From positions 68,696,001 through 68,760,000 of the forward strand of contig JBNRSN020000012.1 of assembly GCA_051313645.2 (NCBI GenBank): a stretch of 64,000 nucleotides of DNA. The letters are read 5' to 3'. The stretch is from Centroscyllium fabricii (taxonomy: Eukaryota). Shown here one piece after another: positions 36,601-50,154 of the stretch. The position numbers and the translations under genes are program-made. The notes below the pieces were generated by a model that was given only the letters and a program-made list of their open reading frames with translations, searched no databases and was not told the DNA's origin. Each line of letters starts with the position of its first letter. Position 1 is the stretch's first letter.

Positions 36601-39600
36601 CCCGTCCCCTCTTCGCCCCCGTCCCCTCTTCGCCCCCGTCCCCTCTTCGCCCCCGTCCCCTCTTCGCCCCCGTCCCCTCTTCGCCCCCGTCCCCTCTTCG
36701 CCCCCGTCCCCTCTTCGCCCCCGTCCCCTCTTCGCCCCCGTCCCCTCTTCGCCCCCGTCCCCTCTTCGCCCCCGTCCCCTCTTCGCCCCCGTCCCCTCTT
36801 CGCCCCCGTCCCCTCTTCGCCCCCGTCCCCTCTTCGCCCCCGTCCCCTCTTCGCCCCCGTCCCCTCTTCGCCCCCGTCCCCTCTTCGCCCCCGTCCCCTC
36901 TTCGCCCCCGTCCCCTCTTCGCCCCCGTCCCCTCTTCGCCCCCGTCCCCTCTTCGCCCCCGTCCCCTCTTCGCCCCCGTCCCCTCTTCGCCCCCGTCCCC
37001 TCTTCGCCCCCGTCCCCTCTTCGCCCCCGTCCCCTCTTCGCCCCCGTCCCCTCTTCGCCCCCGTCCCCTCTTCGCCCCCGTCCCCTCTTCGCCCCCGTCC
37101 CCTCTTCGCCCCCGTCCCCTCTTCGCCCCCGTCCCCTCTTCGCCCCCGTCCCCTCTTCGCCCCCGTCCCCTCTTCGCCCCCGTCCCCTCTTCGCCCCCGT
37201 CCCCTCTTCGCCCCCGTCCCCTCTTCGCCCCCGTCCCCTCTTCGCCCCCGTCCCCTCTTCGCCCCCGTCCCCTCTTCGCCCCCGTCCCCTCTTCGCCCCC
37301 GTCCCCTCTTCGCCCCCGTCCCCTCTTCGCCCCCGTCCCCTCTTCGCCCCCGTCCCCTCTTCGCCCCCGTCCCCTCTTCGCCCCCGTCCCCTCTTCGCCC
37401 CCGTCCCCTCTTCGCCCCCGTCCCCTCTTCGCCCCCGTCCCCTCTTCGCCCCCGTCCCCTCTTCGCCCCCGTCCCCTCTTCGCCCCCGTCCCCTCTTCGC
37501 CCCCGTCCCCTCTTCGCCCCCGTCCCCTCTTCGCCCCCGTCCCCTCTTCGCCCCCGTCCCCTCTTCGCCCCCGTCCCCTCTTCGCCCCCGTCCCCTCTTC
37601 GCCCCCGTCCCCTCTTCGCCCCCGTCCCCTCTTCGCCCCCGTCCCCTCTTCGCCCCCGTCCCCTCTTCGCCCCCGTCCCCTCTTCGCCCCCGTCCCCTCT
37701 TCGCCCCCGTCCCCTCTTCGCCCCCGTCCCCTCTTCGCCCCCGTCCCCTCTTCGCCCCCGTCCCCTCTTCGCCCCCGTCCCCTCTTCGCCCCCGTCCCCT
37801 CTTCGCCCCCGTCCCCTCTTCGCCCCCGTCCCCTCTTCGCCCCCGTCCCCTCTTCGCCCCCGTCCCCTCTTCGCCCCCGTCCCCTCTTCGCCCCCGTCCC
37901 CTCTTCGCCCCCGTCCCCTCTTCGCCCCCGTCCCCTCTTCGCCCCCGTCCCCTCTTCGCCCCCGTCCCCTCTTCGCCCCCGTCCCCTCTTCGCCCCCGTC
38001 CCCTCTTCGCCCCCGTCCCCTCTTCGCCCCCGTCCCCTCTTCGCCCCCGTCCCCTCTTCGCCCCCGTCCCCTCTTCGCCCCCGTCCCCTCTTCGCCCCCG
38101 TCCCCTCTTCGCCCCCGTCCCCTCTTCGCCCCCGTCCCCTCTTCGCCCCCGTCCCCTCTTCGCCCCCGTCCCCTCTTCGCCCCCGTCCCCTCTTCGCCCC
38201 CGTCCCCTCTTCGCCCCCGTCCCCTCTTCGCCCCCGTCCCCTCTTCGCCCCCGTCCCCTCTTCGCCCCCGTCCCCTCTTCGCCCCCGTCCCCTCTTCGCC
38301 CCCGTCCCCTCTTCGCCCCCGTCCCCTCTTCGCCCCCGTCCCCTCTTCGCCCCCGTCCCCTCTTCGCCCCCGTCCCCTCTTCGCCCCCGTCCCCTCTTCG
38401 CCCCCGTCCCCTCTTCGCCCCCGTCCCCTCTTCGCCCCCGTCCCCTCTTCGCCCCCGTCCCCTCTTCGCCCCCGTCCCCTCTTCGCCCCCGTCCCCTCTT
38501 CGCCCCCGTCCCCTCTTCGCCCCCGTCCCCTCTTCGCCCCCGTCCCCTCTTCGCCCCCGTCCCCTCTTCGCCCCCGTCCCCTCTTCGCCCCCGTCCCCTC
38601 TTCGCCCCGTCCCCTCTTCGCCCCGTCCCCTCTTCGCCCCGTCCCCTCTTCGCCCCCGTCCCCTCTTCGCCCCCGTCCCCTCTTCGCCCCCGTCCCCTCT
38701 TCGCCCCCGTCCCCTCTTCGCCCCCGTCCCCTCTTCGCCCCCGTCCCCTCTTCGCCCCCGTCCCCTCTTCGCCCCCGTCCCCTCTTCGCCCCCGTCCCCT
38801 CTTCGCCCCCGTCCCCTCTTCGCCCCCGTCCCCTCTTCGCCCCCGTCCCCTCTTCGCCCCCGTCCCCTCTTCGCCCCCGTCCCCTCTTCGCCCCCGTCCC
38901 CTCTTCGCCCCCGTCCCCTCTTCGCCCCCGTCCCCTCTTCGCCCCCGTCCCCTCTTCGCCCCCGCCCTCTTCGCCCCCGTCCCCTCTTCGCCCCCGTCCC
39001 CTCTTCGCCCCCGTCCCCTCTTCGCCCCCGTCCCCTCTTCGCCCCCGTCCCCTCTTCGCCCCCGTCCCCTCTTCGCCCCCGTCCCCTCTTCGCCCCCGTC
39101 CCCTCTTCGCCCCCGTCCCCTCTTCGCCCCCGTCCCCTCTTCGCCCCCGTCCCCTCTTCGCCCCCGTCCCCTCTTCGCCCCCGTCCCCTCTTCGCCCCCG
39201 TCCCCTCTTCGCCCCCGTCCCCTCTTCGCCCCCGTCCCCTCTTCGCCCCCGTCCCCTCTTCGCCCCCGTCCCCTCTTCGCCCCCGTCCCCTCTTCGCCCC
39301 CGTCCCCTCTTCGCCCCCGTCCCCTCTTCGCCCCCGTCCCCTCTTCGCCCCGTCCCCTCTTCGCCCCGTCCCCTCTTCGCCCCCGTCCCCTCTTCGCCCC
39401 CGTCCCCTCTTCGCCCCGTCCCCTCTTCGCCCCGTCCCCTCTTCGCCCCCGTCCCCTCTTCGCCCCCGTCCCCTCTTCGCCCCCGTCCCCTCTTTGCCCC
39501 GCCCCCTCTTCCCCCCCTCTTCCTCCGCCCCCTCTTCCTTCCCCCCTCCCTCCCCCCCTCTTGCCCCCCTCTCCCTCCCCCTCCCCCCCTCTTCCCCGTC

Positions 39601-40825
39601 CCCTCTTCCCCCCCGCCCCCTCTTCCCCTGTCCCCTCTCTTCCCCCCGCCCCCTCTTCCCCCCGCCTCCTCTTCCCCGCCCCCTCTTCCCCATCCCCTCT
39701 CCCTCCCCCCTCTTCCCCCGTCCTCTCTTCCGCCCTGTCCTCTCTTCCGCCCCGCCCCCTCTTCCCTCCGCCCACTCTTCCCTCCGCCCACTCTTCCCTC
39801 CGCCCCCTCTTCCCTCCGCCCCCTCTTCCCTCCGCCCCCTCTTCCCTCCGCCCCCTCTTCCCTCCGTCCCCTCTTCCCTCCATCCCTCTTCCCTCCGTCC
39901 CTCTTCCCTCCGTCCCTCTTCCCTCCGTCCCTCTTCCCCCCGTCCCTCTTCCCCCCGTCCCTCTTCCCCCGTCCCTCTTCCCCCCGTCCCTCTTCCCCCC
40001 GTCCCTCTTCCCCCCGTCCCTCTTCCCCCCGTCCCTCTTCCCCCCGTCCCTCTTCCCCCCGTCCCTCTTCCCCCCGTCCCTCTTCCCCCCGTCCCTCTTC
40101 CCCCCGTCCCTCTTCCCCCCCGTCCCTCTTCCCCCCGTCCCTCTTCCCCCCGTCCCTCTTCCCCCCGTCCCTCTTCCCCGCGTCCCTCTTCCCCCGTCCC
40201 TCTTCCCCCCGTCCCTCTTCCCCCCGTCCCTCTTCCCCCGTCCCTCTTCCCCCCGTCCCTCTTCCCCCCGTCCCTCTTCCCCCCGTCCCTCTTCCCCCCG
40301 TCCCTCTTCCCCCCGTCCCTCTTCCCCCCGTCCCTCTTCCCCCCGTCCCTCTTCCCCCCGTCCCTCTTCCCCCCGTCCCTCTTCCCCCCGTCCCTCTTCC
40401 CCCCGTCCCTCTTCCCCCCGTCCCTCTTCCCCCCGTCCCTCTTCCCCCCGTCCCTCTTCCCCCCGTCCCTCTTCCCCCCGTCCCTCTTCCCCCCCTCCCT
40501 CTTCCCCCCCTCCCTCTTCCCCCGTCCCTCTTCCCCCGTCCCTCTTCCCCCGTCCCTCTTCCCCGTCCCCTCTTCCCCCGTCCCCTCTTCCCCCATCCCC
40601 TCTTCCCCCGTCCCCTCTTCCCCCTCCCCCGTCCCCTCTTCCCCCGTCCCCTCTTCCCCCGTCCCCTCTTCCCCCGTCCCCTCTTCCCCCGTCCCCTCTT
40701 CCACCCGTCCCCTCTTCCACCCGTCCCCTCTTCCACCCGTCCCCTCTTCCCCCCGTCCCCTCTTCCCCCCGTCCCCTCTTCCCCCCGCCCCCTCTTCCCC
40801 CCGCCCCCTCTTCCCCCCGCTCCCC
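33672..40825. repeat. ~7.1-kb C-rich minisatellite: 17-bp unit GTCCCCTCTTCGCCCCC (~340 copies, to ~39490), then 15/16-bp variants
   Basis: Directly visible periodicity. Copy number is estimated as array length / 17. The distal block uses GTCCCTCTTCCCCCC (15 bp) and GTCCCCTCTTCCCCC-type units. Confidence 0.98.
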
Positions 40826-42481
40826 TGAGTTTGTTGTTTCCTAGTTGCTGTTTCCTGATTTGCCTAGTTACCTCTTCTCTCTTTTCAAGCTTGATCGTGT
40901 CCTGCACTATAACTTTAAGCCTACTAGAATTAATTAATCCAGATGTGCTGATTGGAACATAGTTAGAAATTTCAAACTTTCTGAGCAGTGGGTGCCTCCC
41001 AAATGTTTGATCTGCAACATCTTCAGGCGTGACTTCTGCTCAAGTGAAATTTTCCATTTGGTAAGTATCCTCTCTATACAATGTCTTCAGCAGCAGCTTA
41101 ACCAATCCAAATGTTGGTGTACAAGAACAAAGCATCAGAATGCTAACACTGCTGATTGTATTTATTGCTTCATACATTATCTGCTTATCATGTACAATAT
41201 TACTTATGTTGAAATACTATTGGTTATCCCCCTAATATGTATTCATTCTCTCCACAGATGACCCTGGGCCATCAGGAAGTTAAGCACATGGCACAACCCG
41301 CAGAAACACAAACCACATATGCATAAGCAGCGCAACTGTGCCATGCACCAGCATCAAACACAAGGCTTCTGTGCTTCAGAAAGTGTAGAATCACATGACC
41401 CTTCACTAAGCACTGATGATGTAGATTTTGTGTTGGTTGTAAATTAATTGGAGAAGCCAGTGACGTGCCACAAGTGCTCATGTACTGAAGTGCTAATAGA
41501 GGGACAGAGGTTAGGGCATTACAAACCAAGCAGTCTTTTGTGATTGATGTATGCTATCAGATTGACTGGCATCTTTACTCCCATGTGTAAAAAAATTCTT
41601 ATCGGTACTTTTACTACTGTCTACATTTTCATGGAAATAGGTGAGCCTACTGCCTTCAGCAGTTCATCAGGTGAATGAGGTTCCTGGCCGAATGCAACAG
41701 AAATGGCCTCCAGGAAATTGGAATCAGCCAAAAGCCTGGAAATTCAGGGGCACTGTGACTTTCACAAAGCAATTTGAGTCAATCAAGAAACCCTTAAATA
41801 ATACTCTATCATGCTACATAACTCCCAAACGAGATGTTGGAGAGCCTGAATTTCCAAATGCAGGTCTTCTTTGTTCAGCTTAGAGAGGACATTAAAGCAC
41901 TTGGATACCCTCCCTAGGGTCAGGTCTCTTTGTTGTTGTCCTTTATGCCCCCCACATCACATTCCTTCTCTGAGAGGATGATGGATGCAGTAATTTCTGG
42001 TCCCAGGATCATTACATGTAGAAGGTGGGCTTCCTGGCATTTGCCAGAGAGTCTGAGGGTAGTAGGGAAAAAAAGACATCCATTGCATTGCCTGTGCAAA
42101 AATTGAGTTCAAACTTTAAATTTTCCCCCTGGCAACTTCTGAATACTGGATATTGCTGGCCCTGGGGCATAACAGATGGATCCTGCGCCCAGCACCCCTG
42201 CAGTAGAAGTGACCGGAATCATAGCCGAGGTTATGTTTCCCTCATTCTGTAAGTCTTACGGGCTGGCACATTTTCTGCTGCCAGAGGAAAGCAGCAGTGA
42301 TGTATATCCACATGTTGCTGTCCACCTTCATGTGCCCCAGATCCACTGAGAAATTGGGGGAGGAGCAGGAGGCAGACAGCCTAGCCCTTTCTGTCCTGTT
42401 GAACTGTTGTAAAAAACAAATGGTTATAAATACTGGCCAAAATTAGGGGATTAAACATTATATACAGTCTGCACCAGCACA

Positions 42482-42866
42482 GGGCGGCACAGTGGCATAG
42501 TGGTTAGCACTGTTGCCTTACAGCACTAGAGACCCGGGTTCAAATCCGGCCTCGGGTACTATCTGTGTGGAGTTTGCACATTCTCCCCGTGTCTGCGTGG
42601 GTTTCCTCCCACAGTCCAAAGATGTGCGGGTTAGGTTGATTGGCCATGATAAATTGACCCTTAGTGTTAGGGGGATTGAATATGTGGGGTTACGGGGATA
42701 GGTTGGGATATGTGTCTGTGCAGGCTTGATAGGGATCGAGGGATATGGGGACAAGGCAGGGACACAGGGTACTGGGTTTGGATGATCAGCCATGATCTCA
42801 TTGAATGGCGGAGCAGGCTCGAAGGGCCGAATGGCCTACTCCTGCTCCTATCTTCTATGTTTCTAT
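42482..42866 (+). mobile_element. Near full-length HE1-like V-SINE
   Basis: A box TGGCATAGTGG, B box GGTTCAAATCC, V-domain, CR1-derived 3' tail ending (TTCTATGT)n. Confidence 0.92.
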
Positions 42867-43977
42867 ATTTTAATTCAAATTGCTTGATTCAAATGATCTG
42901 ATAATTCAGATGTTTGCACTAAATTCCCACATTGCTACTTGCATTGTTTGTTTCAAATTATTGAATGACTCAATTTTTTAGCGCAATTTTTTTTTAAATT
43001 ATCAGGAGTAGACTGCTTTTTGTTTTTGGGATGTGGGTCACACTGGTACAGCAATATTTATTACCCATTCCTAGTTGCCCTAAGGGTATTAAGAGTCAAG
43101 CACGTATTATGAAATAAGAATCACAAGGTAGCCCACAAACTACCGGCACACTCAATCTTTGGGTTCGTAGTCCAGTACCATAACCAGTAGGCTATCATCC
43201 CGGAATTTAAATGCAAGTTTGTTTGTTTTTTACTTGATTTGCATACTATATATGTTGAAATCGGTATTTATTTTTCTAAATACCAGTGGCACCCACAACG
43301 ACCCAACTGATAATTCATGCCAGTAAGAATTTTACATATTGCACATGATAATATGGACACTTTCCACATGTAACACCAGTTACATCATATTGTAAGAATA
43401 ATCTCCAAAGTGCAGATACTTTATGTAAACCATTTAACTTTTAATCTGTAGAATATTGTGCATTACTTTGCTAATTTCAGTTGTGAATTTCTTTGATGTT
43501 CCCGCATGAACTTGACATTCACTTACATACCTAATGTTCCCAAATCCTACATGTAGTCAGTTTTATTTTAAAAAACAAGAACCAAGAATAGAATTGTGTA
43601 ATTAGCCCTTCATGTTCACTCTGATTCTGCAGGTTGCTGGTTTAAGCATAAATGCTCCTCATTCCTCGATTATCTTTCCTGTGTTCATTTATATAGTAGT
43701 TGGCACACTTAACATGATTAATTCACTGTCAAAAGTTATCTAAAGACAACAGACCATTTTTTAAGAGAAGTGTTGCTATTTTTGGAAAAAAATAAATGTC
43801 TATTTAAATTGATTTGAATAATTAAATGAGCTTTGGGGGAATTTAAAGAAATCCTGATCCAGGCATAACCACCTTTGGCAAACTGGTTATGCGCTTATCA
43901 GATTTGAGCTGTGTATGATTCTTGCTTTAATTAACTCTAAAGGTTCTTTCTAGAATTACATATTTTCTGTTGTTTAG

Positions 43978-44066
43978 CAAATAAGGGAAGTCTACCCGAA
44001 TTAACATTAGCTCAGAAGAACAAGCTGAAACATCTCACCATAGTAAGCTTGGCTGCAAGAATGAAG
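43978..44066 (+). CDS. COPS7B: COPS7B coding exon 3 (89 nt)
   Basis: (A)[29 protein letters not shown]; acceptor TGTTTAG; donor GTACTT at 44067; phases fit the neighbouring exons. Confidence 0.95.
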
Positions 44067-44757
44067 GTACTTAAGATTTTGTTTGTGCATACATGCTAGG
44101 TGTCCTGGATGCATTGCCATGTAGTGACTTTTTTTTGTGTTCTGATTCAGTTTTGTAGCCAACACATTTTTCTAAGAGCCCAATTGAACTTGTGAACATT
44201 GTTTATTTTACATAAGCCTTAATTTTTCTTTATTTCACTTGGGCAGCAATTATACTCTATAATTGGTACTATTACTGCAATGGAAAGTGAATACAAACAC
44301 AGAAATCCATAGCTAATTTTTCTACAGTGCAGTAATATTTGAAATTATTAAAATCATTATGGCTGCTTAAGAGATCTTAGACCTATTGAGAGATGACTGG
44401 GAGGTGCCTTAAAACCAGAAACCAAAACACATGGCCCTTTTATAACCAAGTGTGCTGTATTTAACTGACAACAGCTGCTCTCTCATGCTTAGAAGATTCT
44501 ACATTTTTTCTCTCTCTCTCCCCACCTTCCCAAGAAAGTGTAGTAGCAGGACATGTTCTCTGACCTTTACAATATTGCCATTGAGCTAGCTTCCAGCCAA
44601 GTGGTCAATCAGAAAGGACTTGGGTGACTGGTCCTCCAGGGTTTTTTTCCTTTTCTTGTGGGAGATCTCTTACACTGGTGCAGTTGAAATGTTTTATCTC
44701 TCACTTTTGTTTAATTGTTATATACTATTTCAGTTTATTAAAATGGAGAATATTCCA

Positions 44758-45140
44758 GAGGACTAGGTGATGCTGTGGGTGTACACTAGCCTTTCACCTC
44801 TGGTATCTAGGTTTGAATGCAGCTGAAACTGATGGATGACAATCTCCTCTGACTCCTGTCTGTCTGGACTCTACATGAAATGGGGTTGGCCAGTTTTAAT
44901 CCAATTCCTAATGGCCCTGGGCTGACAGCACAAAACTGCCCTGAATTGGCAATTAGTTCAGAACCCACAGGATGGTTGATGGGAAAAATGTAAAATTGTC
45001 ACTCTATTACTTTTCTAAAGTCGGGACTTAGGCACATTGTTGGGAAAGAATAGAGGGTGCTTTAGTTAGAGGATTAACATCTAACTGTACTGTGCTTGAC
45101 CGAGGAGTACTTGATACTAAAGCTGGCTGCCTAAAATGCA
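44758..45140 (+). mobile_element. Ancient LF-SINE-like element
   Basis: Collinear motifs resembling the LF-SINE consensus as I recall it: AGCCTTTCACCTCT, GGTTTGAATGCAGC (B-box-like), TGAAATG...TCCAATTCCTAATGG, CACAAAAC...AATTGGCA, AGGCACATTG. Confidence 0.62.
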
Positions 45141-46026
45141 TTCTGCTCCCCCCCCCCCCCCCCCCCACCCCCAGCACTAACGACCTTCACAAATGTTATC
45201 TTAAAAATGGAGAATTTGTATTATCGTTGAGTGTGTTACAGCACCAACATTAGAGGATTTTAGTAAAATGTTATAAAAGCTCAAATGATCTAAATGGACA
45301 TCTAAAACACCTGCCATTGTTGTTAAAGTTCAATTTTCCTTCTTAAACTTCTGAATTTCTCATTTGCATTCTGCTTTTGCGGTTCATACATCTGCCAGTT
45401 TTGTGCAATCACTGTTGTTGCCTCATAGTCTCATTGTTTTTTATGATTGATACTAAATAAGGATTGTAGAAAATGTCAACTAACAAGAAGAATAGGTTTT
45501 ACTGGATAAATCACCTGTTTGAAAACCTATACAGGGTACTCAAATGTTCTCTTTTAAACTAGTGGTCAGAGAGGAGCTTTCCCTACATTCATAGTTTAAT
45601 TGTTTGACTACCTTATTATAGAGCTGCTTACCTGACGATACGATTACTCTACATCAAGGGAATGCCCTTCTACTAACTTTTGTAAAGATATAGTTAACGT
45701 ATGATGCTGAGTTTTGTATTTGTATGAGAACAATAATAATTTCATATTAGATGTGTTGTGATAGTTAATAGTAATGAAAAGGTGAAACCAAGATATTTTT
45801 CTCATTTGCAGTTTTGATAAGATGTTGTAGCAATATTACATTGAAAGTAAACAATTACTTCTCAGCACTTCATTGTATTTTTATATTGGGTTCAGTGTTG
45901 AAAAAATAACAATGACTTGCAATTTTGTCCATCTTCTAGGGATATCTATAAATCAGGAATAAAAAATGATGGTTTCTTTTTGGTAATTGCAGTGAAGTTG
46001 TTAACCAGTCTTTTATAATTTTGCAG

Positions 46027-46229
46027 TGTATTCCGTATTCCATGCTTCTGAAAGACCTTGATATAAAAAACCTCAGAGAATTGGAGGATTTAATTATTGA
46101 AGCAATTTATACTGATATAATACAAGGCAAACTTGATCAGCGAAATCAACTTCTTGAGGTTGACTTTAGCATCGGCAGAGATCTCCAAAAGCAAGACATC
46201 AGCAACATTGTTAAAACGCTCCAGAAATG
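46027..46229 (+). CDS. COPS7B: COPS7B coding exon 4 (203 nt, PCI domain core)
   Basis: [53 protein letters not shown]...KTLQK(W); acceptor TTGCAG; donor GTAATT at 46230. Confidence 0.97.
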
Positions 46230-46517
46230 GTAATTGTGCGTTTTTTTTAAAATTAGCAATTTTCTCTACAGTAACAATTATATAACAGGAAAATTCTGTG
46301 GAACAATCACAAAAATCCTTAGAATCTGTCAGTATCTTAATGAAACAACTGAATGGAGAACTTACCTGAATTCATGATGTTTATTTCACATGTATACTGA
46401 TACCAAGATGAGTACAGGAAGTTTTAGCCATATAATATTATGGTCCTCAAAAATGAAGCAAAATGAAATAGTGCCAGATGCAGAGTTTGCACTTTGTGCC
46501 CTTTTTGCAACCCTAAA

Positions 46518-49505
46518 TTTTTTTTATCCATTGATGGGATGTGGGCGTCGCTGGCTGGCTAGGCCTGCATTCAGTGCCCATCCCTAATTGCCCTTGAGAA
46601 GATGGTGGTGAGCCGCCTTCGTGAACCGCTGCAGTCCATATGGTGTAGGTACACCCACAATGTTATTAGGAAGGGAGTTCCAGGATTTTGGCCCAGCGAC
46701 AGTGAAGGAGCGGCGATACAGGTCCAAATCAGGATGGTGTGTGGCTTGGAGGGGAACTTGTAGGTGGTGATGTTCCCATGCGTCTGCTGCCCTTGTCCTT
46801 CTAAGTGGTAGAGGTCGCGGGTTTGGAAGGTGCTGTTGAAGGAGCTTTGGCGAGTTGCTGCAGTGCATCTTGTAGATGGTACACACTGCAGCCACAGTGC
46901 GCCGGTGGTGGAGGGAGTGAATGTTGAAGGTGGTGGATGGAGTGCCAATCAAGCGGCCTGCTTTATCCTGAATGGTGTCGAGCTTCTTGAGTGTTGTTGG
47001 AGCTGCACTCATCCAGTCAAGTGGAGAGTATTCCATCACACTCCTGACTTGTGCCTTGCAGATGGTGGAAAGGCTTTGGGGAGTCAGGAGGTGAGACACT
47101 CACCGCAAAATTCCCAGCCTCTGGCCTGCTCTTGTAGCCACAGTATTTATATGGCTGGTCCAGTTCAGTTTCCGATCAATGGTAACCCCCAGGATGTTGA
47201 TAGTGGGGGATTCAGCAATGATAATGCCATTGAATGTCAAGGGGAGATGGTTAGAGTCTCGCTTGTTGGAGATGGTCATTGCCTGGCACTTGTGTGGTGC
47301 GAATGTTACTTGCCACTTGTCAGCCCAAGTCTGAATGTTGTCCAGGTCTTGCTGCATATGGACACACACTGCTTCAGTATCTGACGAGTCTCGAATGGTG
47401 CTGAACAGTGTGCAATCATCAGCAAACAGCCCCACTTCTGACCTTATGATGGAGGGAAGGTCATTGATGAAACAGCTGAAGATGGTTGGGCCTAGGACAC
47501 TGCCCTGAGGAACTCCTGCAGTGATGTCCTGTGGTTGAGATGAATGACGTCCAACAGCCGCAGCCAACTTCCTTTGTGCTAGGTATGATTCCAGCCAATG
47601 GAGAGTTTTCCCCTTGATTCCCATTGACTTCAGCTTTGCCAGGGCTCCTTGATGCCACACTCGATCAAATGCTGCCTTGATGTCAAGGGCAGTCACTCTC
47701 ACCTCACCTCTTGAGTTCAACTCTTTTGTCCATGTTTGGACAAAGGCTGTAATGAGGTCAGGAGCCGAGTGGCCCTGGCGAAACCCAAACTGGGCGTCAG
47801 TTAGCAGGTTATTGCTGAGTAAGTGCCGCTTGATAGCACTGTCGACGACATCTTCCATCACTTTGCTGATGATTGAGAGTAGACTGATGGGACGGTAATT
47901 GGCCGGGTCAGATTTGTACTGCTTTTTGTAGACAGGACATACTTGGGCAATTTTCCACATTGCCGGGTAGATGCCAGTGTTGTAGCTGTACTGGAACAGC
48001 TTGGCTCGGGGTGCAGCTAGTTCTGGAGCACAAGTCTTCAGTACTATTGCCGGAATGTTGTCAGGGCCCATAGCCTTTGCAGTATCCAGTGTCTTCAGCC
48101 GTTTCTTGACATCACGTGGAGTGAATTGAATGAGCTGAAGACTGGCATCTGTGATGCTGGGGACCTCAGGAGGAGGCCGCGATGGATCATCCACTCGGCA
48201 TTTCTGGCTGAAGATAGTTGCAAATGGTTTAGCCTTGTCCTTTGCACTCGTGCTGAGCTCCACCATTATAGAACATAGGAGCAGGAGTAGGCCATTCGGC
48301 CCTTCGAGCCTGCTCCGCCATTCAATGAGATCATGGCTGATCATCCAAACCCAGTACCCCGCCGCTGCCCCCTCCCAATATCAGTCAATCCCTATCGAGC
48401 CTGCACCGACACATATCCCACCCTATCCCCGTAACCCCACATATTCAATCCCCCTAACATCATTGAGGATGGGGATATTTTTGGAGCCTCCTCCTCCTGT
48501 TAACTGTTTAATTGTCAACCACCACTCACGACTGGATGTGGCAGGACTGCAGAGCTTTGATTTGATCCGATGGTTGTGAGATCGCTTAGCTCTGTCTATC
48601 GCATGTTGCTTCTGTTGTTTGGGATGCAAGTAGTCCTGTGTTGTAGCCTCACCAGGTTGACACCTCATTTTTCGGTATGCCTGGTGCTGTTCCCGGCATG
48701 CTCTCCTGCACTCTTCGTTAAACCAGGGTTGATCTCCTGGCTTGATGGTAATGGTAGAGTGAGGGATATGCCGGGCCATGAGGTTACAGATTGTGGTTGA
48801 ATAGAATTCTGCTGCTGCTGATGGCCCACAGCGCCTCATGGATGCCCAGTTTTGAGTTGCCAGATCTATTCGAAATCTGTCCCATTTAGCATGGTGGTAG
48901 TGCCACACAACACGGCAGAGGGTATCCTCAACATGAAGACGGGACTTCGTCTCCACAAGGACTGTGCGGTGGTCACTTCTACCAATGCTGTCATGGACAG
49001 ATGCATCTGCAACAGGTAGATTGCTGAGGACGAGATCAAGTAGGTTTTTCCCTCTTGTTGATTCCCTCACCACCTGTCGCAGACCCAGTCTGGCAGCTAT
49101 GTCCTTTAGGACTCAGCCAGCTCGGTCAGTTGTGGTGCTATCGAGCCACTCTTGGTGATGGACATTGAAGTCCCCCACCCAGAGGACATTTTGTGCCCTT
49201 GCTACTCTCAGTGCTTCTTCCAATTGATGTTCAACATGGAGGAGTACTGATTCATCAGCTGAGGGAGGGCGGTAGGTGGTAATTAGCAGGAGGTTTCCTT
49301 GCCCATGTTTGACTTGATGCCATGAGACCTCATGGGGTCCTAAGTCAATGTTGAGGACTCCCAGGGCTACTCCCTCCCGACTGTATACCACGGTGCCACC
49401 ACCTCTGGTGGGTCTGTCCTGCCGGTGGGACAGGACATACCCAGGAATGGTGATGGTGGTGTCTGGGACATTGGCTGTAAGGTATGATTCTGTGAGTATG
49501 ACTGT
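46518..49505 (-). mobile_element. CR1-group LINE, most of ORF2 (APE endonuclease + RT), disrupted; SINE piece inserted at ~48268-48457
   Basis: ILTES, YRPPS, VGDFNVHH, SDH (APE); NYRPISLL, QFGFR, DIKAAFDRVWH, GVPQGSVLGP, FADD (RT); split across four ORFs by stops and the insertion. Confidence 0.92.
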
Positions 49506-50154
49506 CAAATCAACTCATTTTGGATAAATATATCCCCTCCCAGTGCCTAGTTCTTTCACATTTTCCCTGAAATTTTTATAGTGAAAAAGTAATGTCAACT
49601 GAGAGGGCAATATATTGATATGTTTTTTCTAGTTAAAACTCAACTCTTCCAAAATAGAAGTACATGTTCAGCACTTGTGTTACTTTGTATCATTTTCAAA
49701 TGCCATTGCACTCTAAACAGAAAGGAGGTAACCCATGCACTCTTAACATAAGAAGCAGGCAGATACTGGGAATAAATCTTCCTGTCTGAAAATTGGGATG
49801 CTACAAAGATGAAAGCAAATGGGCCTTTTTGAAATACATTTTTGTTATGCACACTGTAGCAGTTGCTTAAAACACACCCATGTCAAAGATCTATGGCAAT
49901 TACAGTAGAGAGGATTGTTGTCATTTTATTTAATGTATATTAGTATTTTATTTTAGTTTTGTGGCTTTAATAAGAAATGAAAGTTATGACTTTTGTGAAA
50001 TACAGCTTGAGGTACTGTAATTGCATTATACACTCTAGATTAGCACACATTTGTGGAAATGTATTCATCAGTAGTGTCTATTTTTTGGAATGCATTTGTC
50101 TGACAGCTGCATGAAAAAGGTCATACCGCCAACAATTGTCCTGTTTCTTAACAG

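Noticed and set aside
33692-39490. CRISPR-like or telomere-like array
   Set aside because: No unique spacers, no cas genes, eukaryotic context, and the unit is not TTAGGG-related.
33386-40907. Giant 2365-2444 aa Gly/Arg/Glu-rich and Pro/Ser-rich ORFs on both strands
   Set aside because: Artefact of a 17-bp repeat that contains no stop codon in any frame; the same peptide appears in several frames, and the region is intronic.
42482-42556. tRNA gene (also 1884-1965 and 59160-59231)
   Set aside because: tRNA-like heads run directly into SINE bodies; these are SINE promoters, not tRNA genes.
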